From positions 39,990,001-40,054,000 of the forward strand of contig NC_058381.1 in NCBI RefSeq assembly GCF_018350175.1: a stretch of DNA of 64,000 nucleotides, read 5' to 3'. The notes under the pieces are model-generated. The model was not told the origin of the DNA and made no database searches. It saw only the letters and a list, made by a program, of their open reading frames with translations. Each line of letters opens with the position of its first letter. Positions within the stretch are counted from its first letter, which is position 1. Position numbers and translations under genes: made by a program. Shown here in pieces: positions 23,883 to 36,009 of the stretch. The DNA comes from Felis catus. Its lineage: Eukaryota.

Positions 23883-23916
23883 ATTGGTCTAAACTCCGGG
23901 GGTCCAGCGCATAAAA
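23883..23916 (+). promoter_or_regulatory. Core promoter of the array genes: inverted CCAAT (ATTGG) plus CATAAAA TATA-like box, conserved in all 10 copies
   Basis: ATTGG at 23883-23887; CATAAAA at 23910-23916, 86 bp upstream of the ATG. Same offset in B1 (35924-35930). Confidence 0.65.
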
Positions 23917-23995
23917 GCCCCAGAACCGAAGGAAGCACCAGAATCTGACAACCTCACCTCCGGACAGGACCTGCCCACCCTCCACCCCAGACACC

Positions 23996-24514
23996 ATGAC
24001 CCACTCGTGCTGCTCCTCTTGCTGCCAGCCTACGTGCTGCAGGACCACCTGCTGCNNNNNNNNNNNNNNNNNNNNNNNNNNNNNNNNNNNNNNNNNNNNN
24101 NNNNNNNNNNNNNNNNNNNNNNNNNNNNNNNNNNNNNNNNNNNNNNNNNNNNNNNNNNNNNNNNNNNNNNNNNNNNNNNNNNNNNNNNNNNNNNNNNNNN
24201 NNNNNNCCAGCGGCTGTGGACACAACTGCGGTGGGTCTAGCGGCTGTGGGTCGAGCTGCTGCCAGCCTTGCTGCCGCCCAACTTGCTGTCACACCACCTG
24301 CTGCCGGACCACCTGCTGCCAACCCAGCTGTTGTGGGTCCAGCGGCTGTGGGTCCAGCAGCTGTGGACAAAACTGCTGTGGGTCCCACTGCTGCCAGCCA
24401 GTTTGCTGTACCCCCGTGTACTGCACGAGAACCTGCTACCACCCCACCTGCTGCTGCCTGCCTGGGTGCCTAGCCCAGGGCTCTGGATCCTGCTGCCAGC
24501 CTTCCTGCTGCTGA
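23996..24514 (+). CDS. KRTAP9: KRTAP9-family protein, A-type copy 1, 172 codons (151 nt masked)
   Basis: [21 protein letters not shown]-terminus and [21 protein letters not shown]-terminus are KRTAP9 hallmarks. Frame is preserved across the N block, but stops hidden in it cannot be excluded. Family-level symbol only. Confidence 0.85.
   Translation: MTHSCCSSCCQPTCCRTTCCXXXXXXXXXXXXXXXXXXXXXXXXXXXXXXXXXXXXXXXXXXXXXXXXXXXSGCGHNCGGSSGCGSSCCQPCCRPTCCHTTCCRTTCCQPSCCGSSGCGSSSCGQNCCGSHCCQPVCCTPVYCTRTCYHPTCCCLPGCLAQGSGSCCQPSCC
24056..24206. other. N block (151 nt) inside gene A1; identical blocks at 28037-28187 and 32010-32160
   Basis: Same length and same homologous position in three copies. Confidence 0.97.
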
Positions 24515-24959
24515 TTGCCTCGCCAAGAACCACCATCTGACTTGCCACTTGGGAATTGGTCACCGCCAAGCGTTGCGGAAAGCCAGCCCGCAATCCCCAA
24601 CATCTCGGTTAGTCGCCTGCCTGTCTACCATCTCGTGAACCGGCCCGATGAAGTTGTGGACCGCTTCTCCCTGATTCGCTTCTTCTTTCCTTCCTCTGGG
24701 TCATGTGCCAGCTTCACCCATCCTGATACAGAGTGAGGATCTCTGTTTGGTCTCCATAGTCAAGAACTTTATCCTGTCCCTCTAAATACGTCAGCGAAAC
24801 AACTCCTCAGGAATGACCTATAACTCGTGGAAACTGCTGAAAGCCCACACGGGTATGTTTCCTTTCTCGGTGTACTCATGAAGCTTGTACGCCTCTTGCT
24901 GCCTGTCATGTTCCCTTTCAATGTCTCCCTAGACGCGGGGAGTCTCACCTGTATCTCTT

Positions 24960-24965
24960 AATAAA
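24960..24965 (+). terminator. Polyadenylation signal AATAAA of the array genes (in every copy, e.g. 37076-37081 for B1)
   Basis: AATAAA ~445 bp after the ancestral stop, followed by a GT-rich downstream element (TGTCT(T/A)TGTGTTTTTG). Confidence 0.75.
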
Positions 24966-27005
24966 TCCTAGTCATTTGGAATCCCGTACTGTCTTTGTGT
25001 TTTTGTACCCTGTTTCCAATGCGAGGTTTTGTACGTACATTTTACATCACGTGCAGTGTCCGTGTGGAGCCATACACGGTCCTCCACAAGTCATTATGCG
25101 CATTTTCAGCTGAGGAGATTTCACGGTGGAATGTCGCACAGCTGGCATGGACACACTCGGATCCAAGACTGTGGTTCGGGCGCTTGCTGAAGCGCACTTA
25201 CGTTCAGATCTCCAGACGTGGTAGCAGACACCCTTAGTCTCAGCACCAGCAACGTGTCCATCCGAGGCCTGCTTTGACCGCACAAGTGTTACTCTCCTGT
25301 CCAGGCGGGCCATCACTGGCACTACATTGTAGACATCAGTGTCCTACAACTCAGCCACAGCAGCCATATGTGAGGACGGCGGGACCTGCCCTTTAGAGCC
25401 CTGGGGAACACGGGATGCTCCTGTTGCCTTGGGTGGCATCCGGCCCCTCAGCACTCTTCTGCCTCACATACAGGTGAGCCTGCGGTGTCCTCGTGAGCAA
25501 CAGAGGCCGCTGAACACGCTTGTGTTTGGGTCGTGCATATCACATTCTTGTTTGGCCTCCTCGTCCCCAGGACCTAATGGTATAGTAAAATGGCATCATG
25601 TGATTTTCTGCCAAACCTATGTATCTCCCCTCCCGTAAGGCAGTTTGTCATGGTGATCAAAATGTTGCCCAGAGAGTTGATGAAGCATGGTGTCAGGGCC
25701 AGAGAGATCGTGCAATGGGCACGTAGGACTTTGAGTACTCCATGAGCTCTGAACCATCTAAGGAAACAGAATAAGCTCTGGTGTATTGTGGAGGAAGTGT
25801 GAGCAACCGAGGGGGGAAAAAACGATGCCTGCTCCGTGGGGGTGAGGAGAATGTGAGGAAGAGAAAAGAGACAACAACGTGTGCATTCCTAGGAGTCGAG
25901 GGCGAAGGCTGGTGCTCCTGGTCCAGAGCCACTGGTGCCGCATCAGCACTCAGGGCTGTGAGGCCGATTCAGGCTCTGAGAGGAATAGGAGACAGGGCCC
26001 CGGGTCCCTTCCTGGGAGCAGTGGAGGGACCTCTGATGAGCTTCGAAGGCCCCTATGCAGGACACATGCCACCATTGGAGACTAGGTACCCAGGATGCTC
26101 TGGAGAGACTGCCAAGGCCAAACGTGCCTACCGCTGCTGGTTCTCAAGAGCGCCATGTTGGCAAACTGAGACGAAAACCTGACGCGACCCATGTTTCCGA
26201 ATATTTGCTGGATGTTGACTAAATGCTTCATAAGCATTCACTTTAATTCTTGGAGGAACTTACAAAGTAGGTATTAAGGTTCCCATTGTAGAGGTGAGGA
26301 AATTGAGACTGAGTGGGGTAAAGGAATGTCAGAGTTTGGTTTTCCAGAAGCTCCTCTTAAGTAAAGAGTCCAGGAATGTGGATTCGTTGGGGAGATCATA
26401 TCAAACTGGTCAGGGTGTAGGGAAGTTTCGCAGGGGAGAAACACTTTGAGGACAGCATCATAGTTTCCAATAAAAGCATTAACATGAAAAGTGTCCCTGA
26501 AACAATACAGCACGCAAACACACGCACACGCACACACAAACACACACAGATGTTGAGATCCACTTATTTCACCCATGAGGGACCTGGAGTCTTTGTAAAC
26601 CAACTGTCCAGAAGCAAGGGTCGAGTGTATTTTCTCCGTGTGGCATGCTCAGGCAGCCTGACTTTCTGCTGTGCGTGAAAAGAGCACGTACGCATTGAGG
26701 TGCAGAGCTGGTAGGCAGAAGTTGTCCCAAACACACCAGTACCCAAGAGATAGGTTTGGTGGCTTCAGACATCTTTGGCAGACTATGGTTTTCGCCACTC
26801 ATTGCACTATGTTCTTTATTTGCCAGGCGGATGGACAAAATAATTGCAAGAAACAGGAGAAGATGGTGGAATATGAAGGAGGGATGAGGAGGAGTAGGGA
26901 GAAAAGGAGAAGGGGGGGAGGAAGAAAGGAAGCATAGAAGGAAGGGGGGAATGATGAGGAGAGGAAGAAAGGGAGTAGAAGAAAGAAAGAAAATAAAGAA
27001 TGAAG

Positions 27006-27061
27006 GGAAGGAAGGAAGGAAGGAAGGAAGGAAGGAAGGAAGGAAGGAAGGAAGGAAGGAA
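27006..27061 (+). repeat. (GGAA)14 microsatellite; (GGAA)12 at 30987-31034; only (GGAA)3 in B units
   Basis: Counted directly. The 8-bp difference matches the 3981 vs 3973 bp period difference. Confidence 0.9.
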
Positions 27062-27976
27062 AGAAGGGACGGTAGGAGGAAGGGATGGACAGGCATGCAG
27101 GGAGGAAGGGAGAAAGGCAGAAAAAGAAAGACAGCCTGACAGAAAAAAGAAACAGCAACCATAAATAAAGATGTAATGAGCTACTTGAGGACACAGACGA
27201 GGCTATCTAACAAGTTTAGGACTAGAGTCCCCAACTCACCTGGTTTTGCCCATAATGCCCCCGCTTTCTGCCCCTGAAAGCTCCAAATCCTGTGAAAGCA
27301 TTCGATCCTAGGTAAATCAGGGCTACTGGTCAATCCCCCACCTGCTTTGCTTCTGTCTGGCCATGTGGCAGAGAAAACACCAGACATTGGCTACGCAAGG
27401 GTCTTTGATTGAACTGAGATACGCAAGTGGGGTTGGGTGCTACAGGCGACCGATATGCCTATGGGAGTCTTCAATCCGAGTTGTGTCGGGAAACCTACCT
27501 GGACTCTGGGACCTACCACATTTGTCCCAAGGACATATCAGCATCATGCCCGTCACCTCAGAGATACTCGCAATCCACATACCTTCTAAGGACAAAGACT
27601 GGGGAGGGAAAACTGCTGTGACCCTAGCCACCCCAGCAGAACGTGATCACACGATGGATGCCATGATCACTGAAACAAGAACGATGCTGCTGATGGGCCC
27701 ACCTTCCTCTCGTTGGAAAATGTTGCTGTGAGTTATTCTCAAATAGGAAACCATTAATCACATATTTGTAACGATTCCTAACATTTAGGAAACAACTTCC
27801 TCATTTATGATTCCCCAGTGACTACAGAAAACGATGTAAACACCAACAAGGAAAGTCCTGCCCATTGGTCTAAACTCCGGGGGTCCAGCGCATAAAAGCC
27901 CCAGAACCGAAGGAAGCACCAGAATCTGACAACCTCACCTCCGGACAGGACCTGCCCACCCTCCACCCCAGACACC

Positions 27977-28495
27977 ATGACCCACTCGTGCTGCTCCTCT
28001 TGCTGCCAGCCTACGTGCTGCAGGACCACCTGCTGCNNNNNNNNNNNNNNNNNNNNNNNNNNNNNNNNNNNNNNNNNNNNNNNNNNNNNNNNNNNNNNNN
28101 NNNNNNNNNNNNNNNNNNNNNNNNNNNNNNNNNNNNNNNNNNNNNNNNNNNNNNNNNNNNNNNNNNNNNNNNNNNNNNNNNNNNNNNCCAGCGGCTGTGG
28201 ACACAACTGCGGTGGGTCTAGCGGCTGTGGGTCGAGCTGCTGCCAGCCTTGCTGCCGCCCAACTTGCTGTCACACCACCTGCTGCCGGACCACCTGCTGC
28301 CAACCCAGCTGTTGTGGGTCCAGCGGCTGTGGGTCCAGCAGCTGTGGACAAAACTGCTGTGGGTCCCACTGCTGCCAGCCAGTTTGCTGTACCCCCGTGT
28401 ACTGCACGAGAACCTGCTACCACCCCACCTGCTGCTGCCTGCCTGGGTGCCTAGCCCAGGGCTCTGGATCCTGCTGCCAGCCTTCCTGCTGCTGA
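27977..28495 (+). CDS. KRTAP9: KRTAP9-family protein, A-type copy 2, 172 codons (partly masked)
   Basis: Visible sequence identical to copy A1. Confidence 0.85.
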   Translation: MTHSCCSSCCQPTCCRTTCCXXXXXXXXXXXXXXXXXXXXXXXXXXXXXXXXXXXXXXXXXXXXXXXXXXXSGCGHNCGGSSGCGSSCCQPCCRPTCCHTTCCRTTCCQPSCCGSSGCGSSSCGQNCCGSHCCQPVCCTPVYCTRTCYHPTCCCLPGCLAQGSGSCCQPSCC

Positions 28496-31400
28496 TTGCC
28501 TCGCCAAGAACCACCATCTGACTTGCCACTTGGGAATTGGTCACCGCCAAGCGTTGCGGAAAGCCAGCCCGCAATCCCCAACATCTCGGTTAGTCGCCTG
28601 CCTGTCTACCATCTCGTGAACCGGCCCGATGAAGTTGTGGACCGCTTCTCCCTGATTCGCTTCTTCTTTCCTTCCTCTGGGTCATGTGCCAGCTTCACCC
28701 ATCCTGATACAGAGTGAGGATCTCTGTTTGGTCTCCATAGTCAAGAACTTTATCCTGTCCCTCTAAATACGTCAGCGAAACAACTCCTCAGGAATGACCT
28801 ATAACTCGTGGAAACTGCTGAAAGCCCACACGGGTATGTTTCCTTTCTCGGTGTACTCATGAAGCTTGTACGCCTCTTGCTGCCTGTCATGTTCCCTTTC
28901 AATGTCTCCCTAGACGCGGGGAGTCTCACCTGTATCTCTTAATAAATCCTAGTCATTTGGAATCCCGTACTGTCTTTGTGTTTTTGTACCCTGTTTCCAA
29001 TGCGAGGTTTTGTACGTACATTTTACATCACGTGCAGTGTCCGTGTGGAGCCATACACGGTCCTCCACAAGTCATTATGCGCATTTTCAGCTGAGGAGAT
29101 TTCACGGTGGAATGTCGCACAGCTGGCATGGACACACTCGGATCCAAGACTGTGGTTCGGGCGCTTGCTGAAGCGCACTTACGTTCAGATCTCCAGACGT
29201 GGTAGCAGACACCCTTAGTCTCAGCACCAGCAACGTGTCCATCCGAGGCCTGCTTTGACCGCACAAGTGTTACTCTCCTGTCCAGGCGGGCCATCACTGG
29301 CACTACATTGTAGACATCAGTGTCCTACAACTCAGCCACAGCAGCCATATGTGAGGACGGCGGGACCTGCCCTTTAGAGCCCTGGGGAACACGGGATGCT
29401 CCTGTTGCCTTGGGTGGCATCCGGCCCCTCAGCACTCTTCTGCCTCACATACAGGTGAGCCTGCGGTGTCCTCGTGAGCAACAGAGGCCGCTGAACACGC
29501 TTGTGTTTGGGTCGTGCATATCACATTCTTGTTTGGCCTCCTCGTCCCCAGGACCTAATGGTATAGTAAAATGGCATCATGTGATTTTCTGCCAAACCTA
29601 TGTATCTCCCCTCCCGTAAGGCAGTTTGTCATGGTGATCAAAATGTTGCCCAGAGAGTTGATGAAGCATGGTGTCAGGGCCAGAGAGATCGTGCAATGGG
29701 CACGTAGGACTTTGAGTACTCCATGAGCTCTGAACCATCTAAGGAAACAGAATAAGCTCTGGTGTATTGTGGAGGAAGTGTGAGCAACCGAGGGGGGAAA
29801 AAACGATGCCTGCTCCGTGGGGGTGAGGAGAATGTGAGGAAGAGAAAAGAGACAACAACGTGTGCATTCCTAGGAGTCGAGGGCGAAGGCTGGTGCTCCT
29901 GGTCCAGAGCCACTGGTGCCGCATCAGCACTCAGGGCTGTGAGGCCGATTCAGGCTCTGAGAGGAATAGGAGACAGGGCCCCGGGTCCCTTCCTGGGAGC
30001 AGTGGAGGGACCTCTGATGAGCTTCGAAGGCCCCTATGCAGGACACATGCCACCATTGGAGACTAGGTACCCAGGATGCTCTGGAGAGACTGCCAAGGCC
30101 AAACGTGCCTACCGCTGCTGGTTCTCAAGAGCGCCATGTTGGCAAACTGAGACGAAAACCTGACGCGACCCATGTTTCCGAATATTTGCTGGATGTTGAC
30201 TAAATGCTTCATAAGCATTCACTTTAATTCTTGGAGGAACTTACAAAGTAGGTATTAAGGTTCCCATTGTAGAGGTGAGGAAATTGAGACTGAGTGGGGT
30301 AAAGGAATGTCAGAGTTTGGTTTTCCAGAAGCTCCTCTTAAGTAAAGAGTCCAGGAATGTGGATTCGTTGGGGAGATCATATCAAACTGGTCAGGGTGTA
30401 GGGAAGTTTCGCAGGGGAGAAACACTTTGAGGACAGCATCATAGTTTCCAATAAAAGCATTAACATGAAAAGTGTCCCTGAAACAATACAGCACGCAAAC
30501 ACACGCACACGCACACACAAACACACACAGATGTTGAGATCCACTTATTTCACCCATGAGGGACCTGGAGTCTTTGTAAACCAACTGTCCAGAAGCAAGG
30601 GTCGAGTGTATTTTCTCCGTGTGGCATGCTCAGGCAGCCTGACTTTCTGCTGTGCGTGAAAAGAGCACGTACGCATTGAGGTGCAGAGCTGGTAGGCAGA
30701 AGTTGTCCCAAACACACCAGTACCCAAGAGATAGGTTTGGTGGCTTCAGACATCTTTGGCAGACTATGGTTTTCGCCACTCATTGCACTATGTTCTTTAT
30801 TTGCCAGGCGGATGGACAAAATAATTGCAAGAAACAGGAGAAGATGGTGGAATATGAAGGAGGGATGAGGAGGAGTAGGGAGAAAAGGAGAAGGGGGGGA
30901 GGAAGAAAGGAAGCATAGAAGGAAGGGGGGAATGATGAGGAGAGGAAGAAAGGGAGTAGAAGAAAGAAAGAAAATAAAGAATGAAGGGAAGGAAGGAAGG
31001 AAGGAAGGAAGGAAGGAAGGAAGGAAGGAAGGAAAGAAGGGACGGTAGGAGGAAGGGATGGACAGGCATGCAGGGAGGAAGGGAGAAAGGCAGAAAAAGA
31101 AAGACAGCCTGACAGAAAAAAGAAACAGCAACCATAAATAAAGATGTAATGAGCTACTTGAGGACACAGACGAGGCTATCTAACAAGTTTAGGACTAGAG
31201 TCCCCAACTCACCTGGTTTTGCCCATAATGCCCCCGCTTTCTGCCCCTGAAAGCTCCAAATCCTGTGAAAGCATTCGATCCTAGGTAAATCAGGGCTACT
31301 GGTCAATCCCCCACCTGCTTTGCTTCTGTCTGGCCATGTGGCAGAGAAAACACCAGACATTGGCTACGCAAGGGTCTTTGATTGAACTGAGATACGCAAG

Positions 31401-31949
31401 TGGGGTTGGGTGCTACAGGCGACCGATATGCCTATGGGAGTCTTCAATCCGAGTTGTGTCGGGAAACCTACCTGGACTCTGGGACCTACCACATTTGTCC
31501 CAAGGACATATCAGCATCATGCCCGTCACCTCAGAGATACTCGCAATCCACATACCTTCTAAGGACAAAGACTGGGGAGGGAAAACTGCTGTGACCCTAG
31601 CCACCCCAGCAGAACGTGATCACACGATGGATGCCATGATCACTGAAACAAGAACGATGCTGCTGATGGGCCCACCTTCCTCTCGTTGGAAAATGTTGCT
31701 GTGAGTTATTCTCAAATAGGAAACCATTAATCACATATTTGTAACGATTCCTAACATTTAGGAAACAACTTCCTCATTTATGATTCCCCAGTGACTACAG
31801 AAAACGATGTAAACACCAACAAGGAAAGTCCTGCCCATTGGTCTAAACTCCGGGGGTCCAGCGCATAAAAGCCCCAGAACCGAAGGAAGCACCAGAATCT
31901 GACAACCTCACCTCCGGACAGGACCTGCCCACCCTCCACCCCAGACACC

Positions 31950-32468
31950 ATGACCCACTCGTGCTGCTCCTCTTGCTGCCAGCCTACGTGCTGCAGGACC
32001 ACCTGCTGCNNNNNNNNNNNNNNNNNNNNNNNNNNNNNNNNNNNNNNNNNNNNNNNNNNNNNNNNNNNNNNNNNNNNNNNNNNNNNNNNNNNNNNNNNNN
32101 NNNNNNNNNNNNNNNNNNNNNNNNNNNNNNNNNNNNNNNNNNNNNNNNNNNNNNNNNNNNCCAGCGGCTGCGGGCACAACTGCGGTGGGTCTAGCGGCTG
32201 TGGGTCGAGCTGCTGCCAGCCTTGCTGCCGCCCAACTTGCTGTCACACCACCTGCTGCCGGACCACCTGCTGCCAACCCAGCTGTTGTGGGTCCAGCGGC
32301 TGTGGGTCCAGCGGCTGTGGACAAAACTGCTGTGGGTCCCACTGCTGCCAGCCAGTTTGCTGTACCCCCGTGTACTGCACGAGAACCTGCTACCACCCCA
32401 CCTGCTGCTGCCTGCCTGGGTGCCTAACCCAGGGCTCTGGATCCTGCTGCCAGCCTTCCTGCTGCTGA
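31950..32468 (+). CDS. KRTAP9: KRTAP9-family protein, A-type copy 3, 172 codons (partly masked)
   Basis: Same architecture with a few substitutions ([13 protein letters not shown]); intact C-terminal domain. Confidence 0.85.
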   Translation: MTHSCCSSCCQPTCCRTTCCXXXXXXXXXXXXXXXXXXXXXXXXXXXXXXXXXXXXXXXXXXXXXXXXXXXSGCGHNCGGSSGCGSSCCQPCCRPTCCHTTCCRTTCCQPSCCGSSGCGSSGCGQNCCGSHCCQPVCCTPVYCTRTCYHPTCCCLPGCLTQGSGSCCQPSCC

Positions 32469-34470
32469 TTGCCTCGCCAAGAACCACCATCTGACTTGCC
32501 ACTTGGGAATTGGTCACCGCCAAGCGTTGCGGAAAGCCAGCCCGCAATCCCCAACATCTCGGTTAGTCGCCTGCCTGTCTACCATCTTGTGAACCGGCCC
32601 GGATCAAGTTGTGGACCGCTTCTCCCTGATTCGCTTCCTCTTTCCTTCCTCTGGGTCATGTGCCAGCTTCACCCATCCTGATACAGAGTGAGGATCTCTG
32701 TTTGGTCTCCATAGTCAAGAACTTTATCCTGTCCCTCTAAATACGTCAGCGAAACAACTCCTCAGGAATGACCTATAACTCGTGGAAACTGCTGAAAGCC
32801 CACACGGGTATGTTTCCTTTCTCAGTGTACTCATGAAGCTTGTACGCCTCTTGCTGCCTGTCATGTTCCCTTTCAATGTCTCCCTAGACGCGGGGAGTCT
32901 CACCTGCATCTCTTAATAAATCCTAGTCATTTGGAATCCCGTACTGTCTATGTGTTTTTGTACCCTGCTTCCAATGCGAGGTTTTGTATGTACATTTTAC
33001 ATCACATGCAGTGTCCGTGTGGAGCCATACACGGTCCTCCACAAGTCATTATGCGCATTTTCAGCTGAGGAGATTTCACGGTGGAATGTCCCACAGCTGG
33101 CATGGACACACTCGGATCCAAGACTGTGGTTCGGGCGCTTGCTGAAGCGCACTTACGTTCAGATCTCCAGACGTGGTAGCAGACACCCTTAGTCTCAGCA
33201 CCAGCAACGTGTCCATCCGAGGCCTGCTTTGACCGCACAAGTGTTACTCTCCTGTCCAGGCGGGCCATCACTGGCACTACATTGTAGACATCAGTGTCCT
33301 ACAACTCAGCCACAGCAGCCATATGTGAGGACGGCGGGACCTGCCCTTTAGAGCCCTGGGGAACACGGGATGCTCCTGTTGCCTTGGGTGGCATCCGGCC
33401 CCTCAGCACTCTTCTGCCTCACATACAGGTGAGCCTGCGGTGTCCTCGTGAGCCACAGAGGCAGCTGAACACGCTTGTGTTTGGGTCGTGCATATCACAT
33501 TCTTGTTTGGCCTCCTCGTCCCCAGGACCTAATGGTATAGTAAAATGGCATCATGTGATTTTCTGCCAAACCTATGCATCTCCCCTCCCGTAAGGCAGTT
33601 TGTCATGGTGATCAAAATGTTGCCCAGAGAGTTGATGAAGCATGGTGTCAGGGCCAGAGAGATCGTGCAATGGGCACGTAGGACTTTGAGTACTCCATGA
33701 GCTCTGAACCATCTAAGGAAACAGAATAAGCTCTGGTATATTGTGGAGGAAGTGTGAGCAACCGAGGGGGGAAAAAACGATGCCTGCTCCGTGGGGGTGA
33801 GGAGAATGTGAGGAAGCAAAAAGAGACAACAACGTGTGCATTCCTAGGAGTCGAGGACGAAGGCTGGTGCTCCTGGTCCAGAGCCACTGGTGCCGCGTCA
33901 GCACTCAGGGCTGTGAGGCCGATTCAGGCTCTGAGAGGAATAGGAGACAGGGCCCCGGGTCCCTTCCTGGGAGCAGTGGAGGGACCTCTGATGAGCTTCG
34001 AAGGCCCCTATGCAGGACACATGCCACCATTGGAGACTAGGTACCCAGGATGCTCTGGAGAGACTGCCAAGGCCAAACGTGCCTACCGCTGCTGGTTCTC
34101 AAGAGCGCCGTGTTGGCAAACTGAGATGAAAACCTGACGCGACCCATGTTTCCGAATATTTGCTGGATGTTGACTAAATCCTTCATGAGCATTCCCTTCA
34201 ATTCTTGGAGGGATTTGCAAAGTAGGTATTAAGGTTCCCATTGTAGAGGTGAGGAAATTGAGACTGAGTGGGGTAAAGGAATGTCAGAGTTTGGTTTTCC
34301 AGAAGCTCCTCTTAAGTAAAGAGTCCAGGAATGTGGATTCTTTGGGGAGGTCATATCACACTGGTCCGAGTGTGGGGAAGTGTCACAGGGAAGAAACACT
34401 TTGAGGCCAGCCTCACAGTTTGCAACCAAAGCTTTAACCTGGAAGGTATCTCAGAAACGGTACAACTCCA

Positions 34471-34526
34471 AACACGCACACGCGCGCGCGCACGCGATCG
34501 CGCACACACACGCAGACGCGCGCGCG

Positions 34527-34562
<36 letters not shown>
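34471..34562. repeat. Compound (CG)n/(CA)n alternating purine-pyrimidine tract, one per B-type spacer
   Basis: ACACGCACACGCGCGCGCGCACGCGATCGCGCACACACACGCAGACGCGCGCG(CG)CACG(CA)14-16. Homologues near 38631, 42791, 46951, 51106, 55266, 59424 and 63582. Confidence 0.92.
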
Positions 34563-34565
<3 letters not shown>

Positions 34566-36009
34566 TGAGATTCTCTTATTTCAGCCATGAGGGAGCTGGA
34601 GTCTTTATAAACCCACTCTCCAGAAGCAAGGGTTGAGTGTGTTTTCTCCGTGTGGCATGCTCAGGCAGCCTGACATTCTGCTGCGCGTGAAAAGGGCACT
34701 TAGGCATTGAGGTGCAGAGCTGGTAGGCAGAAGTTGTCCCAAACACACCAGTACCCAAGAGATAGGGTTGGTGGCTTCAGACGTCTTTGGCAGACTATGG
34801 TTGTCACCATTCATTCCACTATGTTCTGAATTAGCCGGGCGGATGGAGAAAATCATTGGAAGAAACAGAAGAAGATGGTGGAATATGAATGGGGGGATGA
34901 GGAGAGGAGTAGGGAGAAAAGGAGAAGGGAGGGAGGAAGAAAGGAAGCATAGAAGGAAGGGGGCAGGGAGGAAGCGAGGGAGAAAGGGAGGAGAAGAAAG
35001 AGAGAAACTAAAGAATGAAGGGAAGGAAGGAAGGCAAGAAGGCACGGTGTGAGGAAGGGATGGGCAGGCATGCAGGGAGGAAGGGAGAAAGGCAGAAAAA
35101 GAAAGACAGCCTGACAGAAAAAAGAAAGAGCAACCATAAATAAAGATGTAATGAGCTACGTGAGGACACTGACGAGGCTAGCTAACAAGGTTAGGACTAG
35201 AGTCCCCAACTCACCTGGTTTTGCCCAAACTGCCCCCGCCTTTATGGCCCTGAAAGCCCCCCCTCCGGTGAAAGCGTTCGACCCGAGGAAAATCAGGGGT
35301 CCTGGTCAACAAGGACGTACATTGACTGATGGTTGCTTAGTCCCAGGGTACTGCTGCTGCTTCTCCCCACCTGCTTTGCTTCTGCCTCGCCATGTGGCAG
35401 AGAAAACCCCAGACATCGGCTACGCAAGGGTCTTTGATTGAACTGAGATACGCAGGTGGGGTTGGGTGCTACAGGAGACAGATAACGCCTGTGGGAGTCT
35501 TGAATCCGGCTTCTGTGGGGAAACGGAACTGGGCTCAGGGAACTACCACATCTGTCCCAGTGAACATATCAGCATCGTGCCCCTCACCTCAGAGATACTC
35601 GCAATCCACTTACAGTCTAAGGGCAAAGACTGGGGAGGGAACACTGCTGTGAGCCTAGCCACCCCAGCAGAACGTGATCACACGATGGATGCCATGATCA
35701 CTGAAACAAGAACGATGCTGCTGATGTGCCCACCTTCCTCGCGTTGGAAAATGTTGCTGTGAGTTATTGTCAAATAGGAAACCATTAGACACTTATTTTG
35801 TAACGATTCCTAACATTTAGGAAACAGCTTCCTCGTTTATGATTCCCCCAGTGACTACGGAAAACGATGTAAACACCAACAAGGAAAGTCCTGCCCATTG
35901 GCCTAACCTTCGGGGGTCCAGCGCATAAAAGCCCCAGAACCGGAGGAGGCACCAGAATCTGACAACCTCACCTCCGGACAGGACCCGCCCACCCTCCACC
36001 CCAGACACC

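Noticed and set aside
33754-34137. 127-133 aa spacer ORF (MSNRGGKK...) and other 60-146 aa ORFs recurring in every unit
   Set aside because: They recur only because of the recent duplication. No recognisable domain, starts vary between classes, and several are translations of GA- or CA-repeats.
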